Positions 47,952 through 59,420 are shown, counted from the stretch's first letter. The stretch: 64,000 nucleotides of DNA from a virus (IMGVR_UViG_3300027749_000069:30383-94382), one strand, 5' to 3'. The notes: generated by a model from the sequence alone, not told the origin. Program-made: numbers and translations.

Positions 47952-49337
47952 ATGGAAGAAAGGAATTTTGGGTATTTGGGATTTTCGTTTCAACAATCCC
48001 TAATAAAAGCGATTATTGAAGATAAGAAATATGGTGAGACCATTATTGACGTATTAGAAAGTAAATTTTTTGACAATAGTTCATTTAAATTTATAATGGA
48101 AAATACAAAGGAATTATATAAAGCATATAATAAAATTCCCGATTACAACACACTGGCACAGAAAATCATGGCTGAAGGTGGAAATAAAGATTCTTCCAAA
48201 GTTCACGTAGATACATTAGAGGCAATTAAAAATAATGAATCACAAATTGAATATGTAAAAGATACCGCACTTAATTTCTGTAAACAACAAAACTTGAAGA
48301 GAGAGTTAAAAAACGTACAGAGCATTATTGAAAGTGGTGAATTTGAAGCGTATAATAAGATTGAAGAAATTATCCAAAAAGCATTACAAGTTGGTATTTC
48401 TAATGATGAAACAACTGACGTATTCCACGATATTGATGCGGCGTTAGAACAGGACTTTAGACACCCATTACCGACAGGTATTGTGGGGATTGACAACTTA
48501 CTTAAAGGTGGGTTGGGGATAGGAGAATTAGGGGTTGTATTAGCACCTACTGGTACTGGTAAAACTACCTTACTTACGAAGTTTGCAAACACGGCATATA
48601 ATTTAGGTTATAACGTAGTTCAAATATTTTTTGAAGACAATCCAGGTAATATTAAAAGAAAACATTATACTATTTGGTCAGAAATTGCGCCAGACCAACA
48701 ACCTGAATTTAGAGATACGGTTAAAGAGAAAGTTGAAGAAGCACAATCAAGATCAAAAGGAAGTTTGAAATTGTTAAAATTAGCAAGCGATAATGTAACT
48801 GTTTCTGAAATTAAAAATAAAATCAGAAAAATGAATTCAGATGGAATTAAAGTGGATTTATTAGTATTAGACTATGTTGATTGTATTTCATCTGATAAAT
48901 CAACAAATGGTGAAGAATGGAAAGGTGAAGGTTCAGTTATGAGAAGTTTGGAATCTATGACAGGTGAGTTTGGAATGGCAATATGGACAGCAACACAAGG
49001 TAATCGTGAATCTATTTCAAGTGAAGTAGTTACTGGTGACCAAATGGGAGGTTCAATTAAAAAGGCACAAATTGCTCACGTTATAATATCTATTGGTAAA
49101 ACATTAGAACAAAAGGAACATAACTTGGCAACACTTACATTATTGAAATCACGTATTGGTAAAGATGGTGTAGTATTCCAAAATTGTAAATTTAATAATG
49201 AATTTTTAGTTATTGATACAGAATCACAAAATACTTTATTGGGTCATGAACAAAATGAGGCACAAAAAAGGGCGAACAGGGTTGCCGACGTTTATATAAA
49301 GGCACAAGAGAAGAAGACACAAATAATAATTAAATAA
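47952..49337 (+). CDS. dnaB: Replicative DnaB/gp41-like helicase
   Basis: GELGVVLAPTGTGKT, FFED, LVLDYVD, WTATQGNR, KSRIG. Confidence 0.92.
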   Translation: MEERNFGYLGFSFQQSLIKAIIEDKKYGETIIDVLESKFFDNSSFKFIMENTKELYKAYNKIPDYNTLAQKIMAEGGNKDSSKVHVDTLEAIKNNESQIEYVKDTALNFCKQQNLKRELKNVQSIIESGEFEAYNKIEEIIQKALQVGISNDETTDVFHDIDAALEQDFRHPLPTGIVGIDNLLKGGLGIGELGVVLAPTGTGKTTLLTKFANTAYNLGYNVVQIFFEDNPGNIKRKHYTIWSEIAPDQQPEFRDTVKEKVEEAQSRSKGSLKLLKLASDNVTVSEIKNKIRKMNSDGIKVDLLVLDYVDCISSDKSTNGEEWKGEGSVMRSLESMTGEFGMAIWTATQGNRESISSEVVTGDQMGGSIKKAQIAHVIISIGKTLEQKEHNLATLTLLKSRIGKDGVVFQNCKFNNEFLVIDTESQNTLLGHEQNEAQKRANRVADVYIKAQEKKTQIIIK

Positions 49338-49355
49338 AAAAAATAAAGTTTAGAA

Positions 49356-51626
49356 ATGCAGAAAGGTAAAAAATTTCTGAGTGACTTGAAGTTACACTCG
49401 GACTATTTCAAATGGTTGGAAGATAAAGGAAGATATGAAACATGGGAAGATGCGTGTGAAAATATCATAGATGGACACAGAAAAAAATATGTGAACTATA
49501 AAAAAACGGTGGAACCGTATTTGGAGTCGGCATTAGAAAGTATGAAAGATCAGGCGGTATTAGCATCACAAAGAAATTTACAATATAGATATGAACAAAT
49601 AATGAAACACAATACGAGAATGTTTAACTGTACATCAGGACACATTGCTCGTAATAGAGTATTCCAAGAGATATTTTATCTTGCCTTATCTGGTTGTGGG
49701 TTCGGCGGAGGACTATCAATTCCATTTGTTAATAACTTAAGTAAAATTCAAAAAAGAACTTTAGGTACTAAAACATATGTAATTGAAGATAGTATTGAAG
49801 GATGGGCAAATTCATTAGGAGTTATTATGTCGTCATATTTTGTTGATGAACAACCTTTCCCTGAATTTGCAGGATACGAATTAAAATTTGATTATTCACA
49901 AATTAGAGAAAAGGGTGCATTTATTAGTGGTGGATTTAAAGCACCTGGACCTGAAGGGTTAAAACAATCTTTAGAAAAAATTGAACAATTACTTGAAAAA
50001 TGGTTAACTAATGAAGGAAATAAAATCAGACCAATTTTAGCGTTTGATATTATTTGTCATTCAGCTGACGCCGTATTATCAGGTGGGGTTAGACGTTCAG
50101 CGTTGAATATGATTGTTGACCCTAACGATACTGAAATGATTCACGCTAAAACAGGGAATTGGAGAAATGAAAATCCACAAAGAGGTCGTAGTAATAACTC
50201 AGTTTTGTTATTAAGAAGTGAAGTTGAAAAAGAACAATTTAATTACTTGGTACAACTTAATGATGGGGCTAATGACATTGGATTTGTATTTGCAAACAGT
50301 TGGTTTGATATGTTCAATCCATGTTTTGAAATTTTAAAAATTCCTGTATTAGATACTGTAGATTTTTCTAAAATCAAATATGACGATGTTGAAGAATATG
50401 TTAAAAACAATAAAGAAAAATTTGGTATCCAAGGTTGTAACTTAACAGAAATTAATGCGGAGAAGGCAACTACAAAAGATAAATTTTTAAAGGCATGTAA
50501 GGATGCATCAATCTTAGGTACACTACAAGCGGGTTATACGAATTTCCCTTATTTAGGTGAAACAAGTAGAAAGATTTTTGAAAGAGAGGCTTTATTGGGT
50601 GTTAGTATTACAGGTTGGATGAACAATCCAAAATTATTCAATGCAGAATTATTAGAAGAAGGTGCTCAAATGGTAAAAGACACAAATAAAGAAGTTGCTG
50701 CGGTTATTGGTATTAACCAAGCCGCAAGAACTACTTGTGTTAAACCTTCAGGAAATGCGTCAGTCGTATTAGGAACTGCTTCAGGTATTCATCCTGAACA
50801 CTCTGAAAAGTATTTCCGTATTATGCAATTGAATAAAGAAAGTAACACAGCAAATTGGTTAGTTGATAATATGGGATTCTTATTGGAAGAAAGTGTATGG
50901 TCGTCAACTAAAAGTGATTACGTTGTTTTTGTTCCTGTTGAAAATCCAAAAGTTGGGTTATTCAAAAAAGATATGAAAGGAATTAAACATCTTGAATTAA
51001 TTAAATTAGTTCAACAACATTGGGTTAACGCTGGAACTAATCACGAATTATGTGCATACCAAGGTGTTAATCATAATACATCATGTACTGTTATCATAGA
51101 TGACAAAGATGCAATTGTTGATTACATTTGGGAAGAAAGAGATTTCTTTACTGCTGTAAGTTTTATGTCGGATTACGGAGATAAAGATTTTAACCAAGCA
51201 CCATTCACTTCTGTATTAAATTTGGAAGATATTATTGATCAATATGGTAAAGGTTCAATTTTAGCATCAGGTTTAATCATTGATGGTTTACATTACTTTA
51301 ATCAAAACTTATGGTTAGCTTGTGATACTCTATTAGATAGAAGTATAACTTTAACAGGAACAAGAGAACAAGTTTTATTAAAAGAATATTGGTTGTCAAG
51401 AGCGAAGAAATTTGCTAAGAACTACTTTAAAGGTGATATGAAGAAAATGGTTTATTGTTTAAAAGACGTTCATTTATTTTATAAATGGGAAACCATCACT
51501 CGACAATTTAAAGAAGTTAATTTTGGTGAAATTTTAGACAGACCTCAATATAAAGATATTAGTGACTTTGCGGCTCAAGCTTGTAGTGGAACTGATGGTT
51601 CTTGCGATATAACAAGAATTAATTAA
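49356..51626 (+). CDS. nrdJ: Class II (adenosylcobalamin-dependent) ribonucleotide reductase
   Basis: FNC, SGGVRRSA, SNNS, NPCFEI, CNLTEIN, TCVKPSG, SGIHP and a C-terminal Cys pair (CSGTDGSCD); no nrdB nearby. Confidence 0.85.
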   Translation: MQKGKKFLSDLKLHSDYFKWLEDKGRYETWEDACENIIDGHRKKYVNYKKTVEPYLESALESMKDQAVLASQRNLQYRYEQIMKHNTRMFNCTSGHIARNRVFQEIFYLALSGCGFGGGLSIPFVNNLSKIQKRTLGTKTYVIEDSIEGWANSLGVIMSSYFVDEQPFPEFAGYELKFDYSQIREKGAFISGGFKAPGPEGLKQSLEKIEQLLEKWLTNEGNKIRPILAFDIICHSADAVLSGGVRRSALNMIVDPNDTEMIHAKTGNWRNENPQRGRSNNSVLLLRSEVEKEQFNYLVQLNDGANDIGFVFANSWFDMFNPCFEILKIPVLDTVDFSKIKYDDVEEYVKNNKEKFGIQGCNLTEINAEKATTKDKFLKACKDASILGTLQAGYTNFPYLGETSRKIFEREALLGVSITGWMNNPKLFNAELLEEGAQMVKDTNKEVAAVIGINQAARTTCVKPSGNASVVLGTASGIHPEHSEKYFRIMQLNKESNTANWLVDNMGFLLEESVWSSTKSDYVVFVPVENPKVGLFKKDMKGIKHLELIKLVQQHWVNAGTNHELCAYQGVNHNTSCTVIIDDKDAIVDYIWEERDFFTAVSFMSDYGDKDFNQAPFTSVLNLEDIIDQYGKGSILASGLIIDGLHYFNQNLWLACDTLLDRSITLTGTREQVLLKEYWLSRAKKFAKNYFKGDMKKMVYCLKDVHLFYKWETITRQFKEVNFGEILDRPQYKDISDFAAQACSGTDGSCDITRIN

Positions 51627-51790
51627 TGATAGAAGGGGTTGATTATTACATACATGGGAAGTCAGGACTTATGGTTCTGACTTCTCTTTTTTTATTAAAG
51701 AGAGGGTACTGTTGTGGTAACAAATGTTCATCATGTCCGTACTTACCCCCATACCAAAAGGGAAATACAAAAATAAAAGAAGATACATAA
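51626..51790 (+). CDS. DUF5522-like Cys-rich protein (54 aa, not in the ORF track)
   Basis: MIEGVDYYIHGKSGLMVLTSLFLLKRGYCCGNKCSSCPY...; TAATG coupling to nrdJ. Confidence 0.75.
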   Translation: MIEGVDYYIHGKSGLMVLTSLFLLKRGYCCGNKCSSCPYLPPYQKGNTKIKEDT

Positions 51791-51820
51791 CCATTTTCGT
51801 ATTGTTTATATTTATTGAAT

Positions 51821-52273
51821 ATGGCAGCAACCTATGGAATAGATTTCCCATTTAGGGATAGTTTAGAAGGAAAGTTTTTAAAGATGACCGGTACTCCCGA
51901 AAGAGAGATTAGAGCAGATTTAATACACCTCCTATTGACAAAGAAGGGTAGTAGATATTTTCTACCTGATTTTGGTACTAGATTGTATCAATACATCTTT
52001 GACCAAAACGACGCTGTTACATTTGGGTTAATTGAAAGTGAAATTCGTGATTCTGTGAAAAAATACATTCCTAATTTGGATTTAACTTCAATAGTGGTGG
52101 TATCTGCGGAAGACGACCCTGACCAAATTGTTTCACCACAAGAAAATGAAGATAATAGACTTTTTAGGGTTTCTAGTCATTCTGAAAAACCACATACGGC
52201 TGTAGTTAAAATTGAATATACAGTAAATAACGGGGCATTTACGTCTTCGGATTTTATAATACTAAACATTTAA
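51821..52273 (+). CDS. Baseplate wedge protein gp25-like
   Basis: GIDFPF, LIHLLLTKKGSRYFLPDFGT.L; ATG 51821 follows the late box at 51809. Confidence 0.9.
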   Translation: MAATYGIDFPFRDSLEGKFLKMTGTPEREIRADLIHLLLTKKGSRYFLPDFGTRLYQYIFDQNDAVTFGLIESEIRDSVKKYIPNLDLTSIVVVSAEDDPDQIVSPQENEDNRLFRVSSHSEKPHTAVVKIEYTVNNGAFTSSDFIILNI

Positions 52274-52274
52274 G

Positions 52275-54107
52275 ATGAGTAAAAAAATATCATACGCAAC
52301 AAGAGATTTTGCGGGTTTAAGGGAAGAGTTAGTAAATCTAACCACACAATATTATCCTGACTTGGTTAAGAATACCAACGACGCATCAATATTTTCAGTA
52401 TTATTAGATTTAAATGCTGCGGTTGCGGATAACTTACACTTCCATATAGATAGAGTTTGGCAAGAAACAATGTTAGATTTTGCTCAACAAAGACAATCGT
52501 TATTTCATATTGCAAAAACTTATGGTATGAAAATACCATGTAAAAGACCTTCAGTTGCGTTATGTGACTTTTCAATGAATGTTCCGGTTAGAGGTGATAA
52601 GGAAGATGAAAGATATTTGGGTATATTAAAAGCGGGAGCACAAGTATCGGGCGGAGGACAAATTTTTGAAACAGTTGAAGACGTAGATTTTTCAAATCCA
52701 TTTAATAGTAAAGGTGAACCAAATAGATTAAAAATACCAAATTTTAATACTAATAATCAATTAGTATCTTATACAATCACAAAAAGAGAAGCGGTAATTA
52801 ACGGTGTTACAAGAATTTATAGAAGAGTAATCACATCGTTAGACCAAAAACCATTTTTAAAGTTATATTTACCTGAACAAGATGTATTAGGTGTTAGTAG
52901 TATTATACATAAAGATGGTACTAACTTTGGTGCAAATCCAACCTCAAATGAATTTAGTGATTTAACTAATAAATGGTATGAAGTTAAAAGTTTGGTACAG
53001 GATAAAGTTTTTGTTCCAGACCCAACCGCGGTATCGGATAAAAATAATTTTAAGGCAGGAACAAATAAAACTGTTACAAATAAATTTATAACTGAATATA
53101 CGCCAGAGGGTTATTTTTCAGTTACATTCGGTTCAGGTAATGTTGACCCATTAGATAATTTAGATAGTCATATGAATGGTACTATGAAAGTTAATCTTTC
53201 AACTTACCTTAACAATATGTCATTAGGGGCAATACCAAAACCAAGTACCACTTTGTTTATAAAATATAGAGTAGGTGGAGGTAAGGATTCTAATTTAGGT
53301 GTTAATGTTATTACAAGTATTGATAATATGGAATTGGACGTAAACGGACCACAATCTTCAATTAATACACAAGTAACTCAATCTATGAGAGTTACAAACG
53401 TAACACCGGCTGTTGGAGGTGCAGACCAACCATCAATTGAAGAATTAAGAAACATGATTTCTTATAACTTTGCAGCACAAAATAGGGCGGTTACTTTGAA
53501 TGATTATAAATCATTAATTGAGGTGATGCCGGCAACATTCGGGGCACCCGCAAAAGTTAATGTTATTGAGGAAGATAATAAGGTAAAGATTAAAATTTTA
53601 TCTTATGATGATAATGGTAATTTATCTGATACCGTTTCAAATACATTAAAAAGTAATATTATAGAATATCTTTCTGAATATAGAATGATAAATGACTACA
53701 TAGACATTGCAAGTGGGGAAGTTATTGACTTATCATTAGAAATGGATATTATCATAGATAAAAATGAAAACCCCACAGATGTCATTAAAACGGCAATTAA
53801 CGATACCATATCCTTCTTTGATATTTCTAAAAGAAAAATGGGTGACCCATTGTTTATTGGAGATTTAATTAGACATATTGGTCAAATTGTGGGAGTGGTT
53901 AACGTGGTTGATATTAGAGCGTACAACAAAATTGGTGGACTATACTCATCATCAGAAACTGCAATGCCATATAAAGACACTACAACTAAGGAAATTTTAC
54001 AATCAGATATGACCATTTTTATGAAGTCCAACCAAATATTTCAAATAAGGTTTCCAAATACTGATATTAGGGTGAGAACCAAAACATTAGGAACGACTAC
54101 ATATTAA
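52275..54107 (+). CDS. Baseplate wedge protein (gp6/baseplate J-like)
   Basis: YATRDF, ETMLDFAQQRQSL, FGSG, YRVGGG..SN, GGAD..SIEELR, QNRAVTLNDY. Confidence 0.88.
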   Translation: MSKKISYATRDFAGLREELVNLTTQYYPDLVKNTNDASIFSVLLDLNAAVADNLHFHIDRVWQETMLDFAQQRQSLFHIAKTYGMKIPCKRPSVALCDFSMNVPVRGDKEDERYLGILKAGAQVSGGGQIFETVEDVDFSNPFNSKGEPNRLKIPNFNTNNQLVSYTITKREAVINGVTRIYRRVITSLDQKPFLKLYLPEQDVLGVSSIIHKDGTNFGANPTSNEFSDLTNKWYEVKSLVQDKVFVPDPTAVSDKNNFKAGTNKTVTNKFITEYTPEGYFSVTFGSGNVDPLDNLDSHMNGTMKVNLSTYLNNMSLGAIPKPSTTLFIKYRVGGGKDSNLGVNVITSIDNMELDVNGPQSSINTQVTQSMRVTNVTPAVGGADQPSIEELRNMISYNFAAQNRAVTLNDYKSLIEVMPATFGAPAKVNVIEEDNKVKIKILSYDDNGNLSDTVSNTLKSNIIEYLSEYRMINDYIDIASGEVIDLSLEMDIIIDKNENPTDVIKTAINDTISFFDISKRKMGDPLFIGDLIRHIGQIVGVVNVVDIRAYNKIGGLYSSSETAMPYKDTTTKEILQSDMTIFMKSNQIFQIRFPNTDIRVRTKTLGTTTY

Positions 54108-54161
54108 AATGTTTTTTGTTTATAATAGTAGAAAATCTCCTTTTTTCTATTTATTAAAAGA

Positions 54162-57100
54162 ATGATACAGAAGCATAGAATATCCACAAACATAGGGAAG
54201 GACCAAATAGTCAATCTTGAATTAAAACAAGATTTTGATTTTTTGGAAGTTCTATCGTTAAGATTCACTCAAAAGGATGTTTATTCATCTATGTGTTCTG
54301 ATTATGGAGTTGTATGTGGTAGAATTTCAGTAAACAATGGTTTAGGTATACCGAACGCCAGAGTATCAATATTTGTCCCACAATTACAAATTCATTCAAA
54401 TGACCCAGTTATATCTGCGTTATATCCCTACACTCAAATCGGGGATAAAGATACTAACAATTATAGATACAATTTATTACCATCAAGAAAACAACATGGT
54501 GGACATGAACCCACTGGTACATTCTTCGACCAAGAAGATATTTTAACAAGAGAAGAGGTTTTAGAAGTATATGAAACTTATTATTCGTATACGGTTAAAA
54601 CTAACAGTGCGGGTGATTTTATGATTTGGGGAGTACCATTAGGGCAACAAACAATTCACGTTGATGTGGACTTATCCGATATTGGTTGTTTCTCTTTAAG
54701 ACCTTACGATTTCATGAGACAAGGTGATGGTGTGGATAAATTTAAAAACAAATATTCATTTAAAGCTTCTGAAGATTTAAATACATTACCACAAATTGTT
54801 TCATTTGATAAAACGATTGAAGTTTATCCTTTTTGGGGTAATGATGATTTTTGTGAAATTGGTTTAACAAGAACAGATTTTGATTTATCGGAGAAAGGAA
54901 TTAATATAACACCAACAGCATTTATTATTGGTGGAATATATGGTGACAATGGTAAAAGTGCGGTTAATAAAAACTGTAGACCCAAAAAGAAAATGGGTAG
55001 AAAATGTGATTTGGTTGCTAAATCTGGAAAGATTGAAGCAATTAGGTTTACCCCAAAAAAAGATGTAAATCACAGACCAATATTAGAAGAGGTTAATTTA
55101 AATGAAGATATACCGGATGATGGAGGATTTGTATTTCCAATTGAAATGAATATGGACTATGTCTATACAAATGAATTTGGAGAAAATGAAATTACAAATG
55201 ATCCAAATAAAGGTGTACCAACTTCTGCATGTTATCGTTTTAGAATAAACATGAACGATAATGATTTAAGTAGAGCTAGAGTTAACGCCGATTACTTAAT
55301 TCCAAATATTAGAGAATATACAAGTCCATCAACCGAAGTTGATAAATCATATTATTTTGGAACACAATGGAGTGGATATCCAACAAATGCCGTTAGTACC
55401 AATTCTGACTATGGAATTTTATATAGCGAAGTGGGTGAATATTACCCAAGAGATTATTTTTATAGATTTAATTATAATAAAGTTTATACAGTTTCATCAT
55501 TTCATAGTAACTACCAAGTAGGTGGAAATTTTGCAAATATAAATGAATTACATCCATCGGAAGAAGAAGATTGTGGGGATAAATTAACACCACCATCAAA
55601 TTTTGGATTTAGAAATTATACGTTTACATTATTGATTGCTGATTTTTTATTAGTACTTGATTATGTTATTAAATTTTTAACATTACAATTTTTAAATTTT
55701 GCAACATTTATTTTTAGTTGGTTTGCTGAGGCCGTAATAAGTGTTGGAGGATCAGGATATCGTTTTTTAAGAGAAAATGTAACAGAATTTCAAATCAACA
55801 ATCAAACTGCATTAAGTTTAATAAATTATCCTGAATGTGTTGAATGTTCAGATGAAAATAACATTATTGGTGGAGGTCAAACAGGATTTACGATTGATTA
55901 TTTTAATGGTGGATGCAGTTTATATGATACAGTTTATGACGAATCATTAGCAACTGGTTATTTTATTCTAAAGACAGGTAATACAAATACATTTACTGGT
56001 TGTGGTAGTAACGCAGCATTTTTACCGGCAAATTATCATAGACAATATGTTACGACATTAGTAGGACTAACGGGATATACTTTATTGTCTACTGCAATAT
56101 ATGGTGGACATAGACAAGGTGTTCCATTAACTGATTATAAAAATTCATACAATAATGGTGGTTACCCAACCGACATTAGAAATTTTAGTTGTGGGCGTTA
56201 CACTTACAATGGTGGTTTTGTAACTCAAAGTGCAAGAAGTGAATTTTATAATGGGGTTTTTTATATCGTTCCAGGGACTCAAACACCTATTAGATTAACT
56301 AAAGTTATTAACGAATATTATAGAAGAAAAAGAGTAGGAAAAATGTTCTGCGGTGGAATTGTTAATTACGCATTTTTAGATAATTGGTTATCAGGTTCAT
56401 TATATTTTACACAATTTAAAGCTAAAAGAATAATTACTGCAATTAATCGTAATTCTGAAAACTTGGCGAACTATTGTAGAGATATTGCACGTCTTGTAGT
56501 TGGACAAAAAAAACTATATTATCGTTCGGCACCAACTCTTTATGGAACAGATTTTTATAGTGACAACATAAACAAACCAACAACGTTTGTTGACTTAGGT
56601 CCAAGAGATGAGTTTATTAAAGAAATTTGTATTGACCCAAAATTAGACCCAAACTGTTCAGTATCACGTTCAATTGGTGCAACATCCTATCAAGATTTGG
56701 GTGAATTATTAGGATTAGCAATTAACTATAGAATGGATATTGCAAATACAAGTGGTAACTTAGATATGTTTTTTCAAAACGATGGATTTTCTAGTGGAGT
56801 AGGAATATCAAATGTTTTAGATGGTGATATCTTACAACTGTTATCAATAAATAATGAAAGTGGAATTGAAGAGTTTGATTTACAAAATCCAAAATATCTT
56901 GGATACGATTTTAATGTTTTAGACCCTGAAGAACATCCACAAGTTTTTAAAAATGGCAACGCAAATTATGGTCCACTACCTCTTACATTTGAATTATCAG
57001 ATAGTGGATCATTAGTTAGGTCTTGTCTAAATGAACCTGGTAGATTAACTGAGTCATCACAAAAGGTACCGTTCTATTTATGGGATAAAAAAGGTACAGG

Positions 57101-57635
57101 ATTTGGACCATACAATAGTGATAAAAATAACCAATCGTGGGATTATAGTGAAGTTCAATCCCAACCACTACAAGGTATGACATATGGTTATAATTTAACA
57201 GGTGACCCATCGGATCCATATCTCTTATTACCGATGACATATACATTTAGTGGTTTAACTATAACTGGAAATGTCGAAATATCGGGAACAACTGTAGAGT
57301 TTGATGTAGTATCAGATGTTGACGACCATACAAATTACAATACACAATATCCTGGATTTACTTATTTATTTGCAGATTCAGAAATAAATCCAACATCAGG
57401 TACGTTATATACGAGATATGGTAATGCAGGAATAGATGGAATAGTAGGTTGGCAATCTACCACTTGGACTAACACAACATTTACAATTAAAAGAACACAA
57501 GATTATTATAGTGGAAATAAACAAATACTTTCAACCCCATTCCAATTTTACTTTGGATTAAATGCGGGTAAAACAGGTATGGATAAATTTATTGACCTAT
57601 TTGGTCCAAAGGGAGCGTTCCCGTCAGCTGAATAA
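54162..57635 (+). CDS. Large baseplate/tail structural protein
   Basis: Follows the gp6-like gene; N-terminal YGVVCGRI...GIPNARVSIF...TNSAGDFMIWGVP (carboxypeptidase-regulatory-like beta domain); late box at 54148. Confidence 0.6.
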   Translation: MIQKHRISTNIGKDQIVNLELKQDFDFLEVLSLRFTQKDVYSSMCSDYGVVCGRISVNNGLGIPNARVSIFVPQLQIHSNDPVISALYPYTQIGDKDTNNYRYNLLPSRKQHGGHEPTGTFFDQEDILTREEVLEVYETYYSYTVKTNSAGDFMIWGVPLGQQTIHVDVDLSDIGCFSLRPYDFMRQGDGVDKFKNKYSFKASEDLNTLPQIVSFDKTIEVYPFWGNDDFCEIGLTRTDFDLSEKGINITPTAFIIGGIYGDNGKSAVNKNCRPKKKMGRKCDLVAKSGKIEAIRFTPKKDVNHRPILEEVNLNEDIPDDGGFVFPIEMNMDYVYTNEFGENEITNDPNKGVPTSACYRFRINMNDNDLSRARVNADYLIPNIREYTSPSTEVDKSYYFGTQWSGYPTNAVSTNSDYGILYSEVGEYYPRDYFYRFNYNKVYTVSSFHSNYQVGGNFANINELHPSEEEDCGDKLTPPSNFGFRNYTFTLLIADFLLVLDYVIKFLTLQFLNFATFIFSWFAEAVISVGGSGYRFLRENVTEFQINNQTALSLINYPECVECSDENNIIGGGQTGFTIDYFNGGCSLYDTVYDESLATGYFILKTGNTNTFTGCGSNAAFLPANYHRQYVTTLVGLTGYTLLSTAIYGGHRQGVPLTDYKNSYNNGGYPTDIRNFSCGRYTYNGGFVTQSARSEFYNGVFYIVPGTQTPIRLTKVINEYYRRKRVGKMFCGGIVNYAFLDNWLSGSLYFTQFKAKRIITAINRNSENLANYCRDIARLVVGQKKLYYRSAPTLYGTDFYSDNINKPTTFVDLGPRDEFIKEICIDPKLDPNCSVSRSIGATSYQDLGELLGLAINYRMDIANTSGNLDMFFQNDGFSSGVGISNVLDGDILQLLSINNESGIEEFDLQNPKYLGYDFNVLDPEEHPQVFKNGNANYGPLPLTFELSDSGSLVRSCLNEPGRLTESSQKVPFYLWDKKGTGFGPYNSDKNNQSWDYSEVQSQPLQGMTYGYNLTGDPSDPYLLLPMTYTFSGLTITGNVEISGTTVEFDVVSDVDDHTNYNTQYPGFTYLFADSEINPTSGTLYTRYGNAGIDGIVGWQSTTWTNTTFTIKRTQDYYSGNKQILSTPFQFYFGLNAGKTGMDKFIDLFGPKGAFPSAE

Positions 57636-59419
57636 TGGAAAAGAAACAAATCATATTACCAAGTAAAAAATTCGCAAAGGCGGATGACCAAGAATTAGAA
57701 TTAAAACTCAATCTTGATAATAGTGATACACTAATGCGAATAGGTGAAAGGGATATAATATTAGATATTGACGAACAATATTATAAAGAACGTAATGAAA
57801 GTATAAATTATAAAATTTATGGAAAATTAAAAATGGTTTTTCGTAATTTATATTCTGGATCAACACCCTATTCTTATTTGAAACAAAGATTATATTTAAC
57901 AGGTGATGGTAGTAACGTACAAGATAGTACTGTTTTTGATGGTTATTTACCATATGATGAATTCGCATTTTTAAGAAGAGACGTTTATAGGGAGGTTAAT
58001 TTACCGGTAACAAGAAATACATTAGGGACTTTTACACCAAATATAGTAAAATCAGGATCAACCTCACATACAACTGTAACACCAATATCTGCCCCGTATC
58101 AAAACTGGAATTTATATTTAAGTTATGTTTATAGTGGTGATAGTGAATTTAATATGGTTTATACGTTAACAGGTGCAACAGGTAGTACGAAAGTTAGTTT
58201 TACTGCTAAAGATGGTATACCATTTAGGGTTGTGGATTATACCACGTATTATGAATTAACATCTCCAGTTGAACATGGAATGAGTGAAGGTGAACACGTT
58301 GTTTTATCAGGTAGTACATTAACAGGATTAACATTAACAGGTAGAACCTTTTATATTAATTCAGTTGGTAATGAAACGTTTGATTCTAAAAAATATGTCA
58401 TTAATATTATAAAGTCACAAATAAAAACGGGAACAACATTTAGTACAATTATGTTAGGTAAAAGGTGTAAAGATTTTACTAATATAGTTGCATCAACTTC
58501 CCAATATTATGTTCACAAACATAAAACATTAACTAATGAAGGTGGTTATATAATGGATTCACTTGGATTTGAAAGTCCAGTGTTTGAAGATGAAAAGAAA
58601 TTATTATTTGAAAATAGTGCAAATATTAATGATGTCGTGGTTGAAAGAAATAGAATGGAATCCGTTTTGTACGATTTTAAGGAACCATTAAAATTAAGTG
58701 GATTAACAAATAATTTAGGATTTAGCCCAACAAATATTTTTGTTACTGCAATTTTTAGAAATGGGAATGGATATTTTAATTATCCACCAAAGGTTGGATA
58801 TAAATTTAATTTTCACGATACATGGATTGACGAACATTTTAGTGGAATCACGTCAAATGAAAATGGTTTAAGTGGAGGAACATTCACAAGAGATTCGTTT
58901 ACATTTACGAGTGGAAATACAATTACTGGTGATACCGTTGCAATATTGAATGGTGCCTTTGTGGAATATAACCCAAAAGAAATGACAGAAAGAATCGTTA
59001 GTGAAGCATTCCATAAAATCACAAATCCTGTAACTATATTTAATCATGGACAAACATCAGGCTCAACGTACGCGTCATCAACAAATTTAGAAGGATTAAT
59101 ATACCAACCACATTATAGAATTAAATTAAGAGAATTATCACCATATACTGAAACTGCAAATACTAATGATATTTTCAACTTACCTGAAAATGCAAAGTAT
59201 GACCCATATGATAAAGTTTGGAGATGGAGAGATATATATGATCATGGTTATGTAGATTCCGATGGATTTGGAACTGATTTTCCTTTTATGAATGGAAATC
59301 ATTATGTTAAAGCGGACATTAATTTCTATTTAAGAAATGAAAGATATTACAAAAATAAATCAAATAGAATAATGAGTTTCATGGATGTAAATAATAAAAA
59401 TAATAATTTAGATTGTTAA
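57635..59419 (+). CDS. Baseplate/tail structural protein
   Basis: TAATG coupling; about 14 [ST]GxT motifs; WRWRDIYDHGY. Confidence 0.6.
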   Translation: MEKKQIILPSKKFAKADDQELELKLNLDNSDTLMRIGERDIILDIDEQYYKERNESINYKIYGKLKMVFRNLYSGSTPYSYLKQRLYLTGDGSNVQDSTVFDGYLPYDEFAFLRRDVYREVNLPVTRNTLGTFTPNIVKSGSTSHTTVTPISAPYQNWNLYLSYVYSGDSEFNMVYTLTGATGSTKVSFTAKDGIPFRVVDYTTYYELTSPVEHGMSEGEHVVLSGSTLTGLTLTGRTFYINSVGNETFDSKKYVINIIKSQIKTGTTFSTIMLGKRCKDFTNIVASTSQYYVHKHKTLTNEGGYIMDSLGFESPVFEDEKKLLFENSANINDVVVERNRMESVLYDFKEPLKLSGLTNNLGFSPTNIFVTAIFRNGNGYFNYPPKVGYKFNFHDTWIDEHFSGITSNENGLSGGTFTRDSFTFTSGNTITGDTVAILNGAFVEYNPKEMTERIVSEAFHKITNPVTIFNHGQTSGSTYASSTNLEGLIYQPHYRIKLRELSPYTETANTNDIFNLPENAKYDPYDKVWRWRDIYDHGYVDSDGFGTDFPFMNGNHYVKADINFYLRNERYYKNKSNRIMSFMDVNNKNNNLDC

Positions 59420-59420
59420 C

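Noticed and set aside
26478-48592. Antisense ORFs such as 26478-26819, 27902-28465, 29507-29821, 43014-43355, 45407-45745 and 48203-48592
   Set aside because: They lie opposite well-supported genes and have the I/L/S/F-rich composition expected of antisense frames.
15032-51626. Inteins or introns in polB, recA, dnaB or nrdJ
   Set aside because: The ORFs are continuous, of normal length, with motifs at expected spacing; I saw no C...HN-[CST] splice junctions or LAGLIDADG motifs.
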